DNA of 64,000 bases. Origin: Takakia lepidozioides (lineage: Eukaryota > Plantae > Bryophyta). Made by a program: the position numbers and the translations under genes. The stretch spans positions 33,914,001 to 33,978,000 of the forward strand of contig CM060731.1 of assembly GCA_030704615.1 (NCBI GenBank), in the 5' to 3' direction. The stretch's first letter is position 1, and the number at the start of each line of letters is the position of its first letter. Under the pieces are notes generated by a model, which saw nothing but the letters and a program-made list of their open reading frames with translations, was not told the DNA's origin and ran no database searches. Shown piece after piece: positions 50,049-63,742 of the stretch.

Positions 50049-53000
50049 CTAGAGCTGCAGAATGGCAGTGCCCCTTTCCCGTCCTTGATCATAGAACTGC
50101 TCGTATCTTTCTCTATTTTCAACCTTATCCCGCGTCGATCCTCCGGACCCAGTGGACTGTTCCACCTCTTTGTGGTCCTCCAAGTACATCTCCTCTATCA
50201 TGGGTTTCCAAAGCCGAACTCGTGCATTGATAAACCAGTTGGAGACCTGAACAAGTAATGTTCAAGTAGATGCAACAAATTATCCTCAGGCACACCAACA
50301 GCCCTAAGTCCTGAATGATATACAACATACATAATCTCTAGATGTTGCTCTTGAGGGCACCCGTTACAAATCTTGTATTTCTCTGTACTCTAGAGACTAT
50401 ATTCTACTGTCTTTCTATTCAATCTGCGATCTCTTCTCTTTCTCTTTCTACCTCAGTCTGAAGTAATGGTCAAGCACAAGCAAGAAACCCTCTGTGATGA
50501 AATGTTACCTGACTTCTTGTCAAACCAGTTTGCTTGGCTAACAGAACTTTGTCAGCGTCCTTAGGGTACCTGCAGCATGCATTGAGTAAGTAGTAGCTTC
50601 ATATATAGCCGGGTAAAATCCGTTCTAGCGAATTCTAGTCGCACAGTGCGTGAATACGCGGTTTGCAGCTGCATGGGGCATCACTAATTACTAGGCACTT
50701 AAAGGTGCGGTCATCTAATGTAACAAGCTCAAGATGAACAAGTTGAAAATGACCCCTGGAAGAGTCAAAACGCAGATTATAGTACAGCCTGAGTACAATA
50801 ATCCAACGAAGTCAATGACTTTAGTGACAACTAATTCAGGTCAACTTGTGTGCTGTAACATTTCAGAATCTTGCTGCATACGACCTCTGGTCAATTGTAT
50901 CACATGTGAAGAAGTCCATTGATCCTGGTTCCATTTAGAAGACAAGTCGAATGTTCTGTGAATAAAAAGTATCCAGATTATAATTTTAGAAATTTCATCT
51001 TAAAGTGTTCCCAGAATGAGTGCAAGAATTGTAAACCAGAATCTCAAGTGATGATCTCTACTATATATAGCACTGAGGTAGAAGTTCGTGAACTGTTTGT
51101 AAGTTTAGCTCCTGCCACTACTGCACATTAAGTAACTGCACCTGTAGCATATATTTTCCAACAGCTTGCAGTGGTGACACTGGACGCACTCAGGACATCT
51201 CGGTAGTCCAGTTCATAGAGCAGTTCGTGCTAAACAACAAAATATCTCTCGAATTCTAACTGGCAAAATTTGATCGGATGAAAGGTTTTCACGATCACTC
51301 ACGGGTAAAGAAAGTGCTCAAAAAGCCAAGCACGAAGAACCGAGACAGCACGCTCGGGAAGACCTCTCTGTGGCCGCCAAGCATGGTGGTAGAGGCCGAA
51401 TTGTTCGAGACTGCACTGCTGGTGTACAGGCTGCTGATCCACATATTGTATCCTTGATGTCACGGCTGCTCTTCCGGTCTTGTATGCATCGTCTTCCCCT
51501 AGAGCTCTTCTCACCACCCTCCTTTGACCACCTACTGCATCCCTCAAACACCTATCATGACAAATGGTGAAAGGTAAGTGCTGAACCCAACCCACATGTA
51601 CATGGCACATGTGGAAACAAATAAGATCCTAAGTCCTGAATGATAATCGTGAATGCCACTGAGCTCGAATGGGCATGGGAGTTGACATGATAATTATGCA
51701 ACTTTCGACGAGATTCTCTGCACGGTATAAGTGTACATGTACAGAGAGTATTACATGCGGGTTCAGGTGTATGCACTCCCCTCAGGAAATGTAGCCCCTG
51801 AGGTGATTCTGGATACATATATTTTCATAATTCTCACGGTTGGTGGATGGTACCTGAAATGACGTGACATTGCTTGCCGAGCCAGACCAGTGTATGGTAT
51901 GGCTGCATCTGGCCCTGCTTCAGAGTTGAAAGCTCTTATCACCATCTGCAATCTGTCACAGTACCTCCTGTGGGATCTTTCTACCTGCAGACCATGGATA
52001 TGATTGTTACAACCATCAATCAACCAACTTGACATATACTTCAACATGTATGAACTCAAGTGGTATTTTCAGTTGTTTCTCTATCATTACTTCAGATGAA
52101 CCATTGAGCAGTGGATGCTGCAACCTGCTGAGCCATACATAATGATCTAAATTAGTTGTGATCTATGTGTATACTTTTATACTGTGGTTTCAGTACATAT
52201 TTCGATCAGGGACGAAGTGTACAGGAGCCCAGCGCATACTTGGGTTTTTCAACCCGAAGATTCAGCTGGTATCATGCACGAAATTACCGGAATGGGCATT
52301 GCGATGAAAGAAAACCGGTCCTAGAAAGTAGGTTTACCTGGTCATATATCCCTCCAAGCTGTATCTTTAACTGGATAATCTCCCTATAATGCTTTCTTGC
52401 GGTACCAGCAAGGCTTTGACTCAGTTCCGATTCTTGGGAGTTCACATCCAGTAGTCCTTCGGATATGTTGGAGCCGTCTCTGGAAATTTCGACAGTATCT
52501 GTTATCACTTCACTTTTAGCATCCTCTGTAGAGCGGTGCTGTGTTGCATTTCTATCAATGCCAACAGAGCTTCCTGAAACAGGCATTCGTTGCTCTGATT
52601 TTGCAGGCCTTGCAGAGCGTCTGCCGGGTCTGGTCATTCCACTCAGTTCACACAATATTTCCTGGCCCGCTATCATAAGTTTCAAGAACGAGAGACGATT
52701 GGAAGATCCAGCTGACATTGCAGGACCGCTCATGAAGGTGGAATTTATGTGGCTTGAATTGCTTCTCCCGACATCGGCCGGGACATGGAATTTGAGCGCC
52801 CCTGCTCCATCTCCCGCAGAGCTCTGAATGTAAAACATGCTTGATTTGGCAACTGTAAGGCATGATTCTCTGGTAGCATCCTTGGAGCTGGCCTCTGCTG
52901 CTGAATGCTGAGGGTAAGCTGCAACGGTTATATCTGTCTCAGAAACTCCTGATTCCTGCTGAGAACGCAGCTGCAGTGTAATTAATGAAGATTGCCGTTG

Positions 53001-54193
53001 ATGAGAGGAGAGAGATAAAGAGAGACCTTGGCCATTTCCAGAGCTAATGCTCTCATGTGAGCGCTCCAGGTTTCGACCGTGCACCACAGCTTCGCCTGGA
53101 AATTTAGGCCTGGGAGACTCCGCCAGATCGTGAGGAGCCGTACGTCTCACTTCAGTGGATTCAGCACTCACCGAGTCTTCAAGGTTGTCAAACGGAGATT
53201 GACAATTTTGTGAAGCTTCATTGGAAAGAAAAAGTTCCCCAGGATCCCGAGGCTGCTGGTTATAGGGACCGTGGTTTCCAGCACGAGACCCCTGCAGCCC
53301 ATTTGAGCAGGTACCTTGTTGAATAAGAGGGATCCCTGCTGAAGCAATGGCTGCGGTCCGCTGGCTCTCTGCGTTCTGCACAAGGGCAGAATCGGGAAAC
53401 AGACCATTGTACTGCTGCTGAATGTGGTCAGTACTGGAGCCCTGCTGAGACGATGAGATTTCTGCGTCGGATCCAGGGGCAAATAATGTTGTAACAGTTG
53501 AAGGATCCGAGCTATATCCAGCAGCGAAACCTCCAGGGTTAATGTAATAGAGCTGCATTGATTCTGGTCGTCTGCTTGATGGGTAGTAGAAGGTAGGATC
53601 CTTGTGTAATTGAATCCCGCCGGAGAATGATCGTTCAGACTGTACTCGGCCACCGTCAAGGAGCTGAGCTGTTGGTGTGCTTGCGGGTGACGCCAGCAAA
53701 GCAGATCCATTTGTGATCATGGCATTTTGGGGAGGGTTGTTGTATTGCCCAGCCAATGCAGTATCACCGCCCGGCCAGCTGTACTTGGATTCGTATACAG
53801 AAGTCAATTTGCTATGAAATCCTCCCAATGTGAGGGATGGTTGTGAGTACAGTGTTCCAAGGAAAGATGAGCCTTGTTCCGCTCCAACGTTGGCCACTCT
53901 TGAAGAATTCGATGACACTTCCTGTAGCTGATCACCCCCTGTCAGAAAGTTGTATGGATCTGATGAAACTAACTGACTGCTGTAGACAGGAAGCAAATCA
54001 TCCTTCAGGTTTTGGCAGGCTCCAACGGAACCAGCTGATGAAACCCCGAAGTTTTCCTCTTCGGGCTGTACCTTTGGCACCTTATACAGCCAGATGAAGA
54101 CCCGTCTGAGTTAAAAGTGATCAGAATATTGCCTAGACGTTGAACAAATGTTTACATCATGGAAACAGAGTTTTTCTCACCTAGAGTCATCAT
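50049..54193 (-). CDS. BEL1-like (BELL/BLH) TALE homeodomain transcription factor
   Basis: Exons about 54080-52338, 51984-51854, 51551-51303, 50569-50509, 50246-50049. GLSLSLSS motif; POX domain (AMSRHFRCLRDA); homeodomain [49 protein letters not shown]. 5' start uncertain. Confidence 0.92.
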
Positions 54194-55260
54194 GGAATGA
54201 CTGAAAACTCCGAATCCTGGAAAGAAATCATAGGTGGTGCATCGATAGGTAGCCTACCAAAGGATAAAATTCTTGATGAGGAAGAAGTCCTGAAAAGACG
54301 TGGTTGGCCATGGAACTCAGGAAGTGGCCTTTTTGCATGTAAGTAAGCAATCCTTATATAGGGCAGAATGTAGGCGATGTCCGCACTGAAACAGCGTGGA
54401 GTGTGCGAAGGGGGCCCGAGCATTTGATCGTAACCTCGACGGATCATAAGCTACTCATACCAACCACCAGCTTATGACATCTCCAAACCAGCCCGCATTA
54501 CATGTTCACGAAACAGTTTTCACCTTGATCGAGGACACAGTACCGAACGGACCGTCAGATCTTTGTCGACCACAGATCATATCTACACCGAATGGGGTTC
54601 AAGGAGTGTGAGTTCGCATTGAAGTGCTGATACCTGCGCGCAGCCTAGCGTTCACAGGCGCTGTTGTTTCGGCTGAAATGAGATTGGCCGGTACAGCTCT
54701 CGCTAATGCAGCTCCTCCTTGTGCAAAACATCACTCCTGCATCTCGTAGTCCTTATCTTCCTCTGCGGTCAACCTCATTGCAAGAAGGTCTACGCCCCCT
54801 TTTAACACCCCAAGCCCTAGTCAACGCTGTTGTCATGGCCGATCTCAAGCCAGAGAGTGCAGGGAGAGCTGCAGATAGTATGAGCAGCCCTCCAATGGCC
54901 CTGCAGGCCGCTCGTCCCCCTCTTCCTTCTACTTTCTGTGTTCAAGATGAATGCCGAGCATGGGAGTGAGTGTCAGTGCAAGACGAGGACCATGGGCAGT
55001 CGCTCTCTGCCAAGAACACCTGCAGCAGCCATCGCTGTGCTCTCTCTCTCTCTCTCTCTGTCTCTCTCCTCTCGCTCTCGCAGGCGGCTGTACGAACACT
55101 CCCTTTCCTCTCATTTCACTCACCCCGTCAAGTAGAGCTGAACTTCATCCATCCATCCATCTGTTCATCCATGTAGGGCATAACGGAACCACGAACCCAA
55201 ACGGAACATCCTAACGGCGACGGAATGGCTGGCCTCCACTGGAACAGTCGCTATGTTCCG

Positions 55261-55513
55261 TAACCACTTTGAAATTCCAGCTGGCGTCCTTCTTTTCTTT
55301 TCTTTTCCCGGTTTCGAAGCGAACCAGACTACGACACACATGCATCCATCAAGTTTCCCTCGCATAATATTCCGCGATGTGATGGCAAAATAATAATGAT
55401 ATAATATTATGCGAGGGAAACTTGATGGATGCATGTGTGTCGTAGTCTGGTTCGCTTCGAAACCGGGAAAAGAAAAGAAAAGAAGGACGCCAGCTGGAAT
55501 TTCAAAGTGGTTA
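55261..55513. repeat. Perfect 111-bp inverted repeat with 31-nt loop, upstream of the BELL gene
   Basis: 55261-55371 is the exact reverse complement of 55403-55513. Confidence 0.97.
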
Positions 55514-56319
55514 TGTGATGGCACTATTGGTATCGGATTACATGTGGATGACCGGTCGCCACGACTTGTTTGGTGTTGGCCTATTGGATGAAAAACAATG
55601 GGATAATTTGAAGAGAGCAACGAATCAACAACACTACCAAGTACCAACCAGTGAGTATTTCTTGCCGTCCACCACTCTACAAGGAATGGATGAGATGTAT
55701 TGACGCAACAAGTATAGACGTCCATATATAATGGAATTGAGGAAAAAGGAAAGACACGGAAGTGACGGAACTGAATTAATAGGGATACTTCATTATTACA
55801 ATCATACAGTTCAATTTCAGTTCAACCACTATAAAACCACCATGGATTCTTGTTCCGATGACGGAGTGCTAACCTTTTTCCGTTTGTTTGTTGGCTCATC
55901 TTTATTCGAAAGAGGAGACTACGCATCCTGTTGTGACTTCCCCAGCCATTATTACCTCTCCTCTCCTTTGCTGAAAACTACTTCTACATATGCTTCTCAA
56001 GGTAATACCTCCCTCAGCTAACTACTGAACAATTTATGAAAGATAAGTGGATGAATTTCCAGGTTTACTATAGATGAAAGTGGATTTTCACTATTCGCAA
56101 AGAGGAGCCATACCGTCTAACGGCTGGTTTTGTTTTGTTTTGTTTTGTGCTGCTGCTACAATCCGATCTAGTTTGGGCTGGTCGGTGCGATTCCGTCGCT
56201 AATCACCTTATGGAATGTCGTGGTCATGTCAGAAATGGTCAATTGAGTGATGGGTGAAGAAGCACAATTCTGCAGCAGAACATATCTACCTCAATCGTCC
56301 CTGCAATAGGAATGGTCCA

Positions 56320-57160
56320 ACTGCTAGTGCGGGACGGACAGTCGACGGATCCAATGGTACAACGACAGTTTCCAGAACAAATCTCTGTAAGACATTCATC
56401 CGTTCGGAGATGTCCCTGTGAAGCTATGAAATGGATGGACGGAACTGTAAACGTCCACGAACGGCAGCTGTTAACGTCCATGGGCGGAAGGCGTCAACTT
56501 CCAGGGGGCCTTGATGGCCCACCCACCCAACCAAAAGAACGGGGCGCTATCGCGGGGCCCGCCAGTCAACCGGCCCCTCACGTCTCCGTCCGACTTCGCA
56601 AACTATGTCGCTTATTTGCGTGTCCTTTTCCTTCCAATTATGGATGAAACCCTAAGGTGCCGTGAGCAAGTCGCTCACGAATTCCGCGCGTAACGGTCAT
56701 ACGAAAGCAGATAAGCGACGGAAGTGGTGCAACATCCATCCGGTGCTCTGGCCGGATAAAGGCAATAGAGACGTATCCGACATGCTGGTCATGCGTTACA
56801 CCTGACCCGCAAAACACATCTTTTTCGATGTTAACAGTATGGGAGCATGTTCCCAAAGGCATATTCAGAGTTCATCCATATGGATGAACGCGAAAATGTA
56901 CTGCTCCTCGCGTCTGCTTCTGTCGGAGAAGTTTTTGGCCGGACGATTGTGCACATCTGAGTGAGTGATGGCTGTCGGATGCACGACCGACCAAACGATC
57001 TGGACCGTTGGAGGTAGGCACGCGTATTGAGTGTCGCTTCTACCCCCCGTACTGACGTGACCCATGCACCATTGCGATGCGAGGGAGTCCACATCTGACG
57101 GCGGACCTTGTGCGGCCCGTCGACGTCGACCGGCCACGCGTTTTTCAAATTTGAAAATAT
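56320..57160. repeat. Region rich in GACGGA/TCCGTC motifs, probable DNA-transposon subterminal region
   Basis: Repeated GACGGA, TGGATG and GTCGAC motifs, ending at the palindrome TTTTCAAATTTGAAAA (about 57142-57157). Confidence 0.4.
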
Positions 57161-57769
57161 CCCGTGCCAGCCCTAATGGATGAACGTGCTTACGGATTCA
57201 GTCTGCTTAACTTAATCCTTGGTTACAGATCCGAAGCAGTTAGTTATCAGTGGAGAAGACATCCACAATGGATGAATGAAGTGGACAGGACACCTTGGAC
57301 AGAGGCAAAACCTGAAAACATGAAGCCAGATGGCTTTCAACTTTCAACATCAGGGAGGGGACTCAAGTGACATCTAGAGAACGGATTGATTTGATTGATG
57401 CTCGATAGGGATTTGAACCTGACTCTGTCGGCCAATGATGCTGGCTTTTAGCACAACAACCGCTAAAAATAACTATATTAATACCAACCTGAAAAGGGTC
57501 CCAAATTCGAGCGAGGCGGCGTAGTTCGTGCCTATTGATGTTCTTGTTAACTCTCAAAGCATTGGCCCCACTTGGTACCATAGATGCATGCTCAAGATTG
57601 GAGCGTTGTTGCCCTTTTGAATTCCCCACTTGATGCGATGCATGCATGCGCCTTACAATTGGAGTGTTTGCAATTTGAATGATTGCACTTGCTCTTTCCT
57701 TCAACTTTGATTTTTTTTTCAAGTTGTTGGGAAGCCTTCAGTGATATTTTGGGCTTGGCATGCAAGGAG

Positions 57770-58340
57770 GAGCGTTCTTCGTCGATAGTTGCAAGACCAG
57801 GGATACTTCCTTGATTTATAGACATTGAATTTCTCCCTCCCAAGTTGGTCAAACACTCTTACAACAAAATGCAAGCATGCAACACGAATGAAGAAGACAT
57901 GATCTTCCAGCTTCAAGTCTAGATCAAAGGCGAGTTCCCTCCATCCATTAGTAATGGTGTGGCCATCTCTTTGAAACTTAGTTTCCAAATCTCCCCTTTT
58001 GGGCTTAAGAAAGTTATAATCTTATTGCGGTGGTACATGTGTTTTTTCATACAGGGGAGCATCAAGAACTGCCATTGAGACAAAAAGGAAACCATGATTA
58101 GGACTTCTAGAATTCTAGATTGCAAAATATGGTGTTGTCAATTCACCAGTGAAAATGCTCACAACAAACCACTTCTATAATTCTTCTTAGTTGAAGGAAA
58201 TGGGCTGTTCTTACCACTCTGCACCACGCGTTATCGTATATCATGCCTCTGCTCATCTTTTTTACGACGAACGGCTTGTCCTTAGCCTCATTCCCTGCTT
58301 TCTCGAGTGCTTTCTCGAGCACCTTTGGCAGCACTGTCTC
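57770..58340 (-). pseudogene. B3-domain (REM-like) gene relic
   Basis: KPFVVKKMSRG..; IITFLSPKGEIW [frameshift] ETKFQ..ITNGWRELAFDLDLKLEDHVFF..FVVRVFD. Confidence 0.75.
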
Positions 58341-59955
58341 TCTCTTTTATACTCCAGGTATAAATCTACGCCGCTGAACCAGCTTCATGACGACTTTTGT
58401 CTCTATAGAAATCGAAGCTCTCTGAAACAAAGATTTCTCTTTAAAAAACATATAACCATATCTGTCAGGATGCAGGTGAAACATAGAGTAAGAGGGCTGG
58501 TAAGTGGACCTCTATGAGACAACGATTTAAGTTTGGGAATCACATCTAGCATGTCCTAATTTTACAAAATCGGAGCCATGTGTCTACCACATGTGAGATA
58601 TCCAAGTTCATCAAAGAAAAGAGATTCTTGAAATCATGTTGAAATAAAACATAATATATATATCAGTAACCCTCTGGTGGGACCTTTCTGCAAAACTAGA
58701 CAGCCTGGCCATACCTATTGCTCTGAGCTTTGTTGAAATTGGAAGTTATCCAAAGCAGATACATACACACTACAAACTCGCCTCTCCTATGTTCATGTAA
58801 TAAGCTATGAAGCAGATTCACTACCTCTGGAGATAACACATGCAGAGGAGGAAGGAGAAGTTTGTTTGCAAACAGTGCGAGAGAAAGAGAAAGAGAAAGA
58901 GAGACGGAGACGTCGTCGAGAACAGTGAGGCGCGAGGATTTGGATGGATCAATAATTTATGCATGTGTAACATACGTACAAGGAAATCACAATGCAGAGA
59001 CATTGTCAAGAACTACGTCTGCTTGCTGTACTATTCTTTTTTATGTGTGTTCATTCTTTTGTCTGGCAGCATCTCTCGTATCATCTCCCACCTTCTCAAT
59101 CTGTAAGTCTCGGACCCTAATTTGGACTCGGGTGTACCTTTAAGTTCATTTCAAGGGCAACTTTCCTACAACTTGAGGTTCTAGTTGAGCACTTCAAGTG
59201 CTTTAGTAAGTCATCTGAGCGATCGAAGCATCTTTAATTTAAACTTTGTCGTTAATTTTGTATCCAATGGCTCAAGCTCATATGAACGATTACTACTCAA
59301 GCTCAGTGTTGTTTGAGTCTAACCAAAAGTATTATCAGCGTTCTTCAATATAGAAGTTGCTTGCTTGTAATCTGTACATTTAATTACTGACCTTGTCTTT
59401 CATGGGGCTATGGAATTGAATGATTTTTGCCTCGTCAACTTCGTATCAAGAAACGAACAAAATCTATTGCACAGAGTACCCTGGAAAAAACCTTATCTTC
59501 TAGACTGATTCATCGATCTTAACTTGGCTGGAGTTCTGGTACATAAGGAAAACGTGTTCGGATGATTCTAGATACCTCAGTGGTAATTACATTGTTCTTC
59601 GTTACACATGATGATAGCTCGAGATGGACTCACGGGAATTAGTGGTGTTGGTCATGGATTACGAAAGATGAAAGAGGTTGAAGGAAGACTAAAAGATCAG
59701 AATCTGAGAGAGTATAACTTTCAGTAGAAATTCATCTAAAAGCGCACCAGTTGGAGCGAGAAAAGAGAGGAATATTTGCTGTTTTTTTTACGCACTGTGT
59801 TGCTCGGGTGCTGCTTGAAAGTCAGCATTTTACGCCATTCCAAAGGTGACTATGGGTATTATGTGTTATTCTCGCTTAGATTTAATATTTGATGGTCTAG
59901 AACTTTATTTACAAGTATAAACGTGTGAAAGTTACAAAGGAAAAAACACACAAGT

Positions 59956-61334
59956 CTAAAATGCATGCTCATTCCGACGAGTTCTGCCAGGAACTGGGAT
60001 ATAGGGAACTTGTTGGGCAACCAAAGTTTGCATTGGAGTAACAACACTATGTATTGAATCTACGGAACCGGAGAGGCCTGATTCAACAGTAGCATTGTCT
60101 GCAAGCTCATTACAGTACAATTTGCACAAACGGGAATTAGTTGTACCACATTCAAAAAAGATGCGCACCATATCTACCATTTCCAACACATGCGGCTCGA
60201 TCATTGCCTTCCAAATCGATTGTGTTCTGTTGAAGTCCGCTTGAACGGAACAACCCAAGATGCTGTAGGATAAAACTGACCGGATTGCAACATATTAAAT
60301 AGAACACGCGGCAGGGCAGTACCAAGTTGTCTTCCCATCTTGTACTTCGACCACATTTGTGCGCGTTCCAGTACATTTTGATATGTGAGACATACTTGAT
60401 TTTTAACCGATGAAGCTCCGTACTTTGAAATAATACCAGAGTTGATATCTCATACCAGTTGGTATTGTGGTCATGATACTCATATTCCAGTATCTGGAAA
60501 AAAAAATACATCCATCATTATATAGACTAGACTGGTATGAAAGTTTTGTGATACGTCTGGTACCAGTCTGGTATGTAAAAAACTTGATACCAGTCCAACA
60601 TTGGTTAATACTGAAGGTCAAAAAAAAAAAATGATCTTCTTCCTTTGCCTTGTTCGCCACTCCCCGATGGGGACCATCTCTCTTCGGATGAAGAACCAAC
60701 CCAAATCGGACATCTATGTTGGAAGGCCCATTATATGCCATCAGGGTTTTTTGTCTGTCCTCTGGCAAGATGAATCCTGAACCCCCAATGGATATCACTC
60801 ATTACTCGGAATCCTTCAAATGGTTCCTCCAGGCCCCTCTCAAGCTGCTCCAATTCGATCCGAGAGAATGGTCTTGGATGACCAAGAAGCAGAACTTTTT
60901 TTTTGGCTTCATTGTCAAACTGGGTTATTCGCTTATGAACCCACTGTACTAATGCATGCAATATGGGACGCTAAGTGGTGTCATATCACCCACTTTGATT
61001 TGCCTTGGAAAGTTATCTGGGCTGATGTATGGAGGAAGGATAGAGTTGCAAAAAAAATTGGGTTTCTAAGGGATTGCGAAACGCATCCTTCCTGTCTCCT
61101 CTTTCATTTCCGAGGATTGCAATGCTTGTATTGGATGTGGGCCATCTCTAACTCCTGAGACAATTGAACATTGTTTGCTATTCTGTATGGTTCCGGTTCT
61201 GGTATGGAACAAAATGCTTTCTTTTTATGCATTCTGGAACCCGGCATGCTCTGTTCCCCCTGCGTCCCTGCTTCTAAATGCACACTCTCATGGGCTATGC
61301 AACTCTTGCCCAGTATGGGCAGCGTTGCGGGCAC
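59956..61334 (-). pseudogene. Degenerate unknown coding relic, possibly transposon-borne
   Basis: Successive broken minus-strand ORFs with protein-like composition. No family recognised. Confidence 0.25.
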
Positions 61335-62956
61335 ATATCGTGTGGAATATTTGGAGAGCTAGGTGCTCATTGGGAGCTCATTGGTTTATGAGGGGAAGAG
61401 GGGTTGTGTGAATGTAATTTTGTTTAGAGTTCACTCAGACAATCTGTCTGAGACGAGGAAGGCGTGGGCTGCCATCTATGATGTTCCCAGATGTTCCGAG
61501 AGGAGAAGATTGCAGCTATACTCTGGCTTTGATATCACCTTGGCAAAAGGTGGTCGACTATGTAGCAGAACCTCAAATACCACCTTCAGGTGGAATGCCA
61601 CCCTCCCGTAGGGCTGGCAGCTCGATTAGTACCCGCCTCTCCCCTGTCGAGGAGGAGTAATCCGATACCAATTATCGCCATCAATGAAGCTTCAGGAAAG
61701 GGAAATCGAAAGCCTAGCTCTCCTTCGAGCCTACTACGCGCAAAAGGAGGGTTCCCAGAGTTCCCTTAGGTTTTCCTCTGTTCTATCTGGCACTTCTTAG
61801 TTGCCCTCCCTCCTAGTCCTCGGGTCACAAGGCGGCGTCCCCTTCATCAGCCTCCATGGCATGTCATGTGAGGTTACTTTTTCCTCATGCAAAATTTTAG
61901 TCTCCCTCAGACCTTCCAAAAAACAAAACCACCAATAAAATTGATTACCTTTGCATCAGTTAAAAGAAATGTAGACCAATTCTCATTGGCTCACTCATCG
62001 CCAGTTCGGCTTATCTAGAGAAACTGTCAGTTCACTTCACAAATGTGGTTCTGATCCTTCTGATGATGCGATAATGGAATGTGACTGTAGCAGTTCAAAC
62101 AAAGCACCATGCTACGTGACTACCTAGCAAAGGTAAAGTTACGATTAATAATACGTTTTCTTTATGGTGACCAAAATCAAATCACTTGGCTCTGTCCCCC
62201 ATAATGGGGATGGGCCGGAGGAGCAGCCAATGGGGAAGGCATGGGGTATAGGAATGGATTATTTATGAGGCCATGCGTGGAGCAGCAAGTTAGTAGAAAA
62301 CGTGATGAGGTGGGGGGGTCGGGCATCCTTCTAGAGCTTTCCACGGGGCCGCAAGTCTTAAAGGCTCCACCACCCCCCTTGACTAACTAAATAGCAAGGC
62401 CTCCACCAAAAAGTGAACAGGTATCATCACTAAATTGTATACTACGGTAGCTCAATAAATAAGTTGGGGACTGTTGGGGACGTGTTTGGCAAATATACCT
62501 CTTTCAACCCTTAAGGGCCCGCCATTGGGCAAATTTCAGCCCCAAGAAAAGTAACATATGGCGAGTTAATTGAGGCTACACACCTTACCATATTAGATCC
62601 AAAATTTTGAACCTTACCATATTCACCTTGCCTACCATGTACATCTACCCAAAATTGTGGAGGAAATTCACCACGCGACAAGAGAGATTTTAATGTTTTA
62701 GGGGGGGGGGGGGGGGGGGGTTGTTTATGGATTTTGCAACTTTATGAAACTTGAGCTTTGACCAAGCTTTTTGGGTGACGGGGGGAAAGAATTTTCCTGC
62801 TCCTACCTCCCACATAGAAATGTGGTATGGTATCCTAACTAAGTACTATAAAACTTTCAAGCCAAACAGCCCTTTTCATTATTAGGGTTTTTGTATGTGC
62901 TTATTGGGGGGTCAAAATGATCTCCATAGCTTAGCAATTCAAGGACCAACAGACAA

Positions 62957-63090
62957 TAGCTTAGTTGGTTAGTGCAATGAGTGCCACCCAGATGATTCTG
63001 GGGTCAAATCCTGCTACTTGACGGGAGTGGCATACTCTTCACCCCCTTCCCTGGGCTACGCCTTCGTGGCGAGGTAACTGTGAAAGAGGT
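62957..63090 (+). mobile_element. Possible tRNA-derived SINE head
   Basis: A-box-like TAGCTTAGTTGG (62957) and B-box-like GGTCAAATCC (63002). No convincing cloverleaf. Confidence 0.4.
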
Positions 63091-63634
63091 TATTTTCTCT
63101 TCTCACTATCAAAGGGCTTGATTTGTGAGCTGTTGCTCCAAGGTGTTTGCCTTAAAATGTTTTTTTTTTTTTAAGGGGAGCCAATTCAAAAATTAACACC
63201 TTTGTAATTAGATGTTTCACTTAATCCTTGCTATGAGGGTGTGGATTACACTACAATAAAAAGTATTTAAAGTCCAGTGAATTTAGAGAGCCTACTGCTC
63301 AACACACAGGCCATCGAGGGCCCAATGGACGGTCTGAAGGCACATGTTGACGGATTGAACCAGTGGTAGACTTTGAAAAGGAGGGTTCCCAAGTTTGCCC
63401 AATTGTGGGCCAATTATGACTCGCCACATAGACTGTCAACTCTACATGGCCCTTCTTGCATGCTCCAGTTTCATGACCCCAGGGGTTTCCAGAATACGTA
63501 GAGCAGTTTCATTCGGCCCGGTTAATCCTAGAGTGGTCCAGGTTTTAGCGTGGTCCAGGAGTTAAAAGAGGGGGCCAATGTATTAAGGCCACTTGTATTA
63601 TTTAATGAAATGAAGGATCCAAAAATTAAGGATT

Positions 63635-63742
63635 GACTTTCTAGCGTGGGCTTTCTAGATAGTTCTAGTTCTAGCTGACTTTCTAGATAGTTCTACTTCT
63701 AGTTGACTTTCTACATAGTTCCAGTTTCTAGATACTTCTACT
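63635..63742. repeat. Short tandem TTCTAG(ATAG) repeats, possibly within an LTR
   Basis: GACTTTCTAGATAGTTCTA repeated about 4 times. Confidence 0.6.

Noticed and set aside
55165-55725. 186-aa ORF and its mirror ORF
   Set aside because: Produced by the inverted repeat; no recognisable domain.
57395-57470. tRNA gene on the minus strand (GGTTCAAATCCC B-box)
   Set aside because: No convincing cloverleaf; at most a degenerate SINE head.
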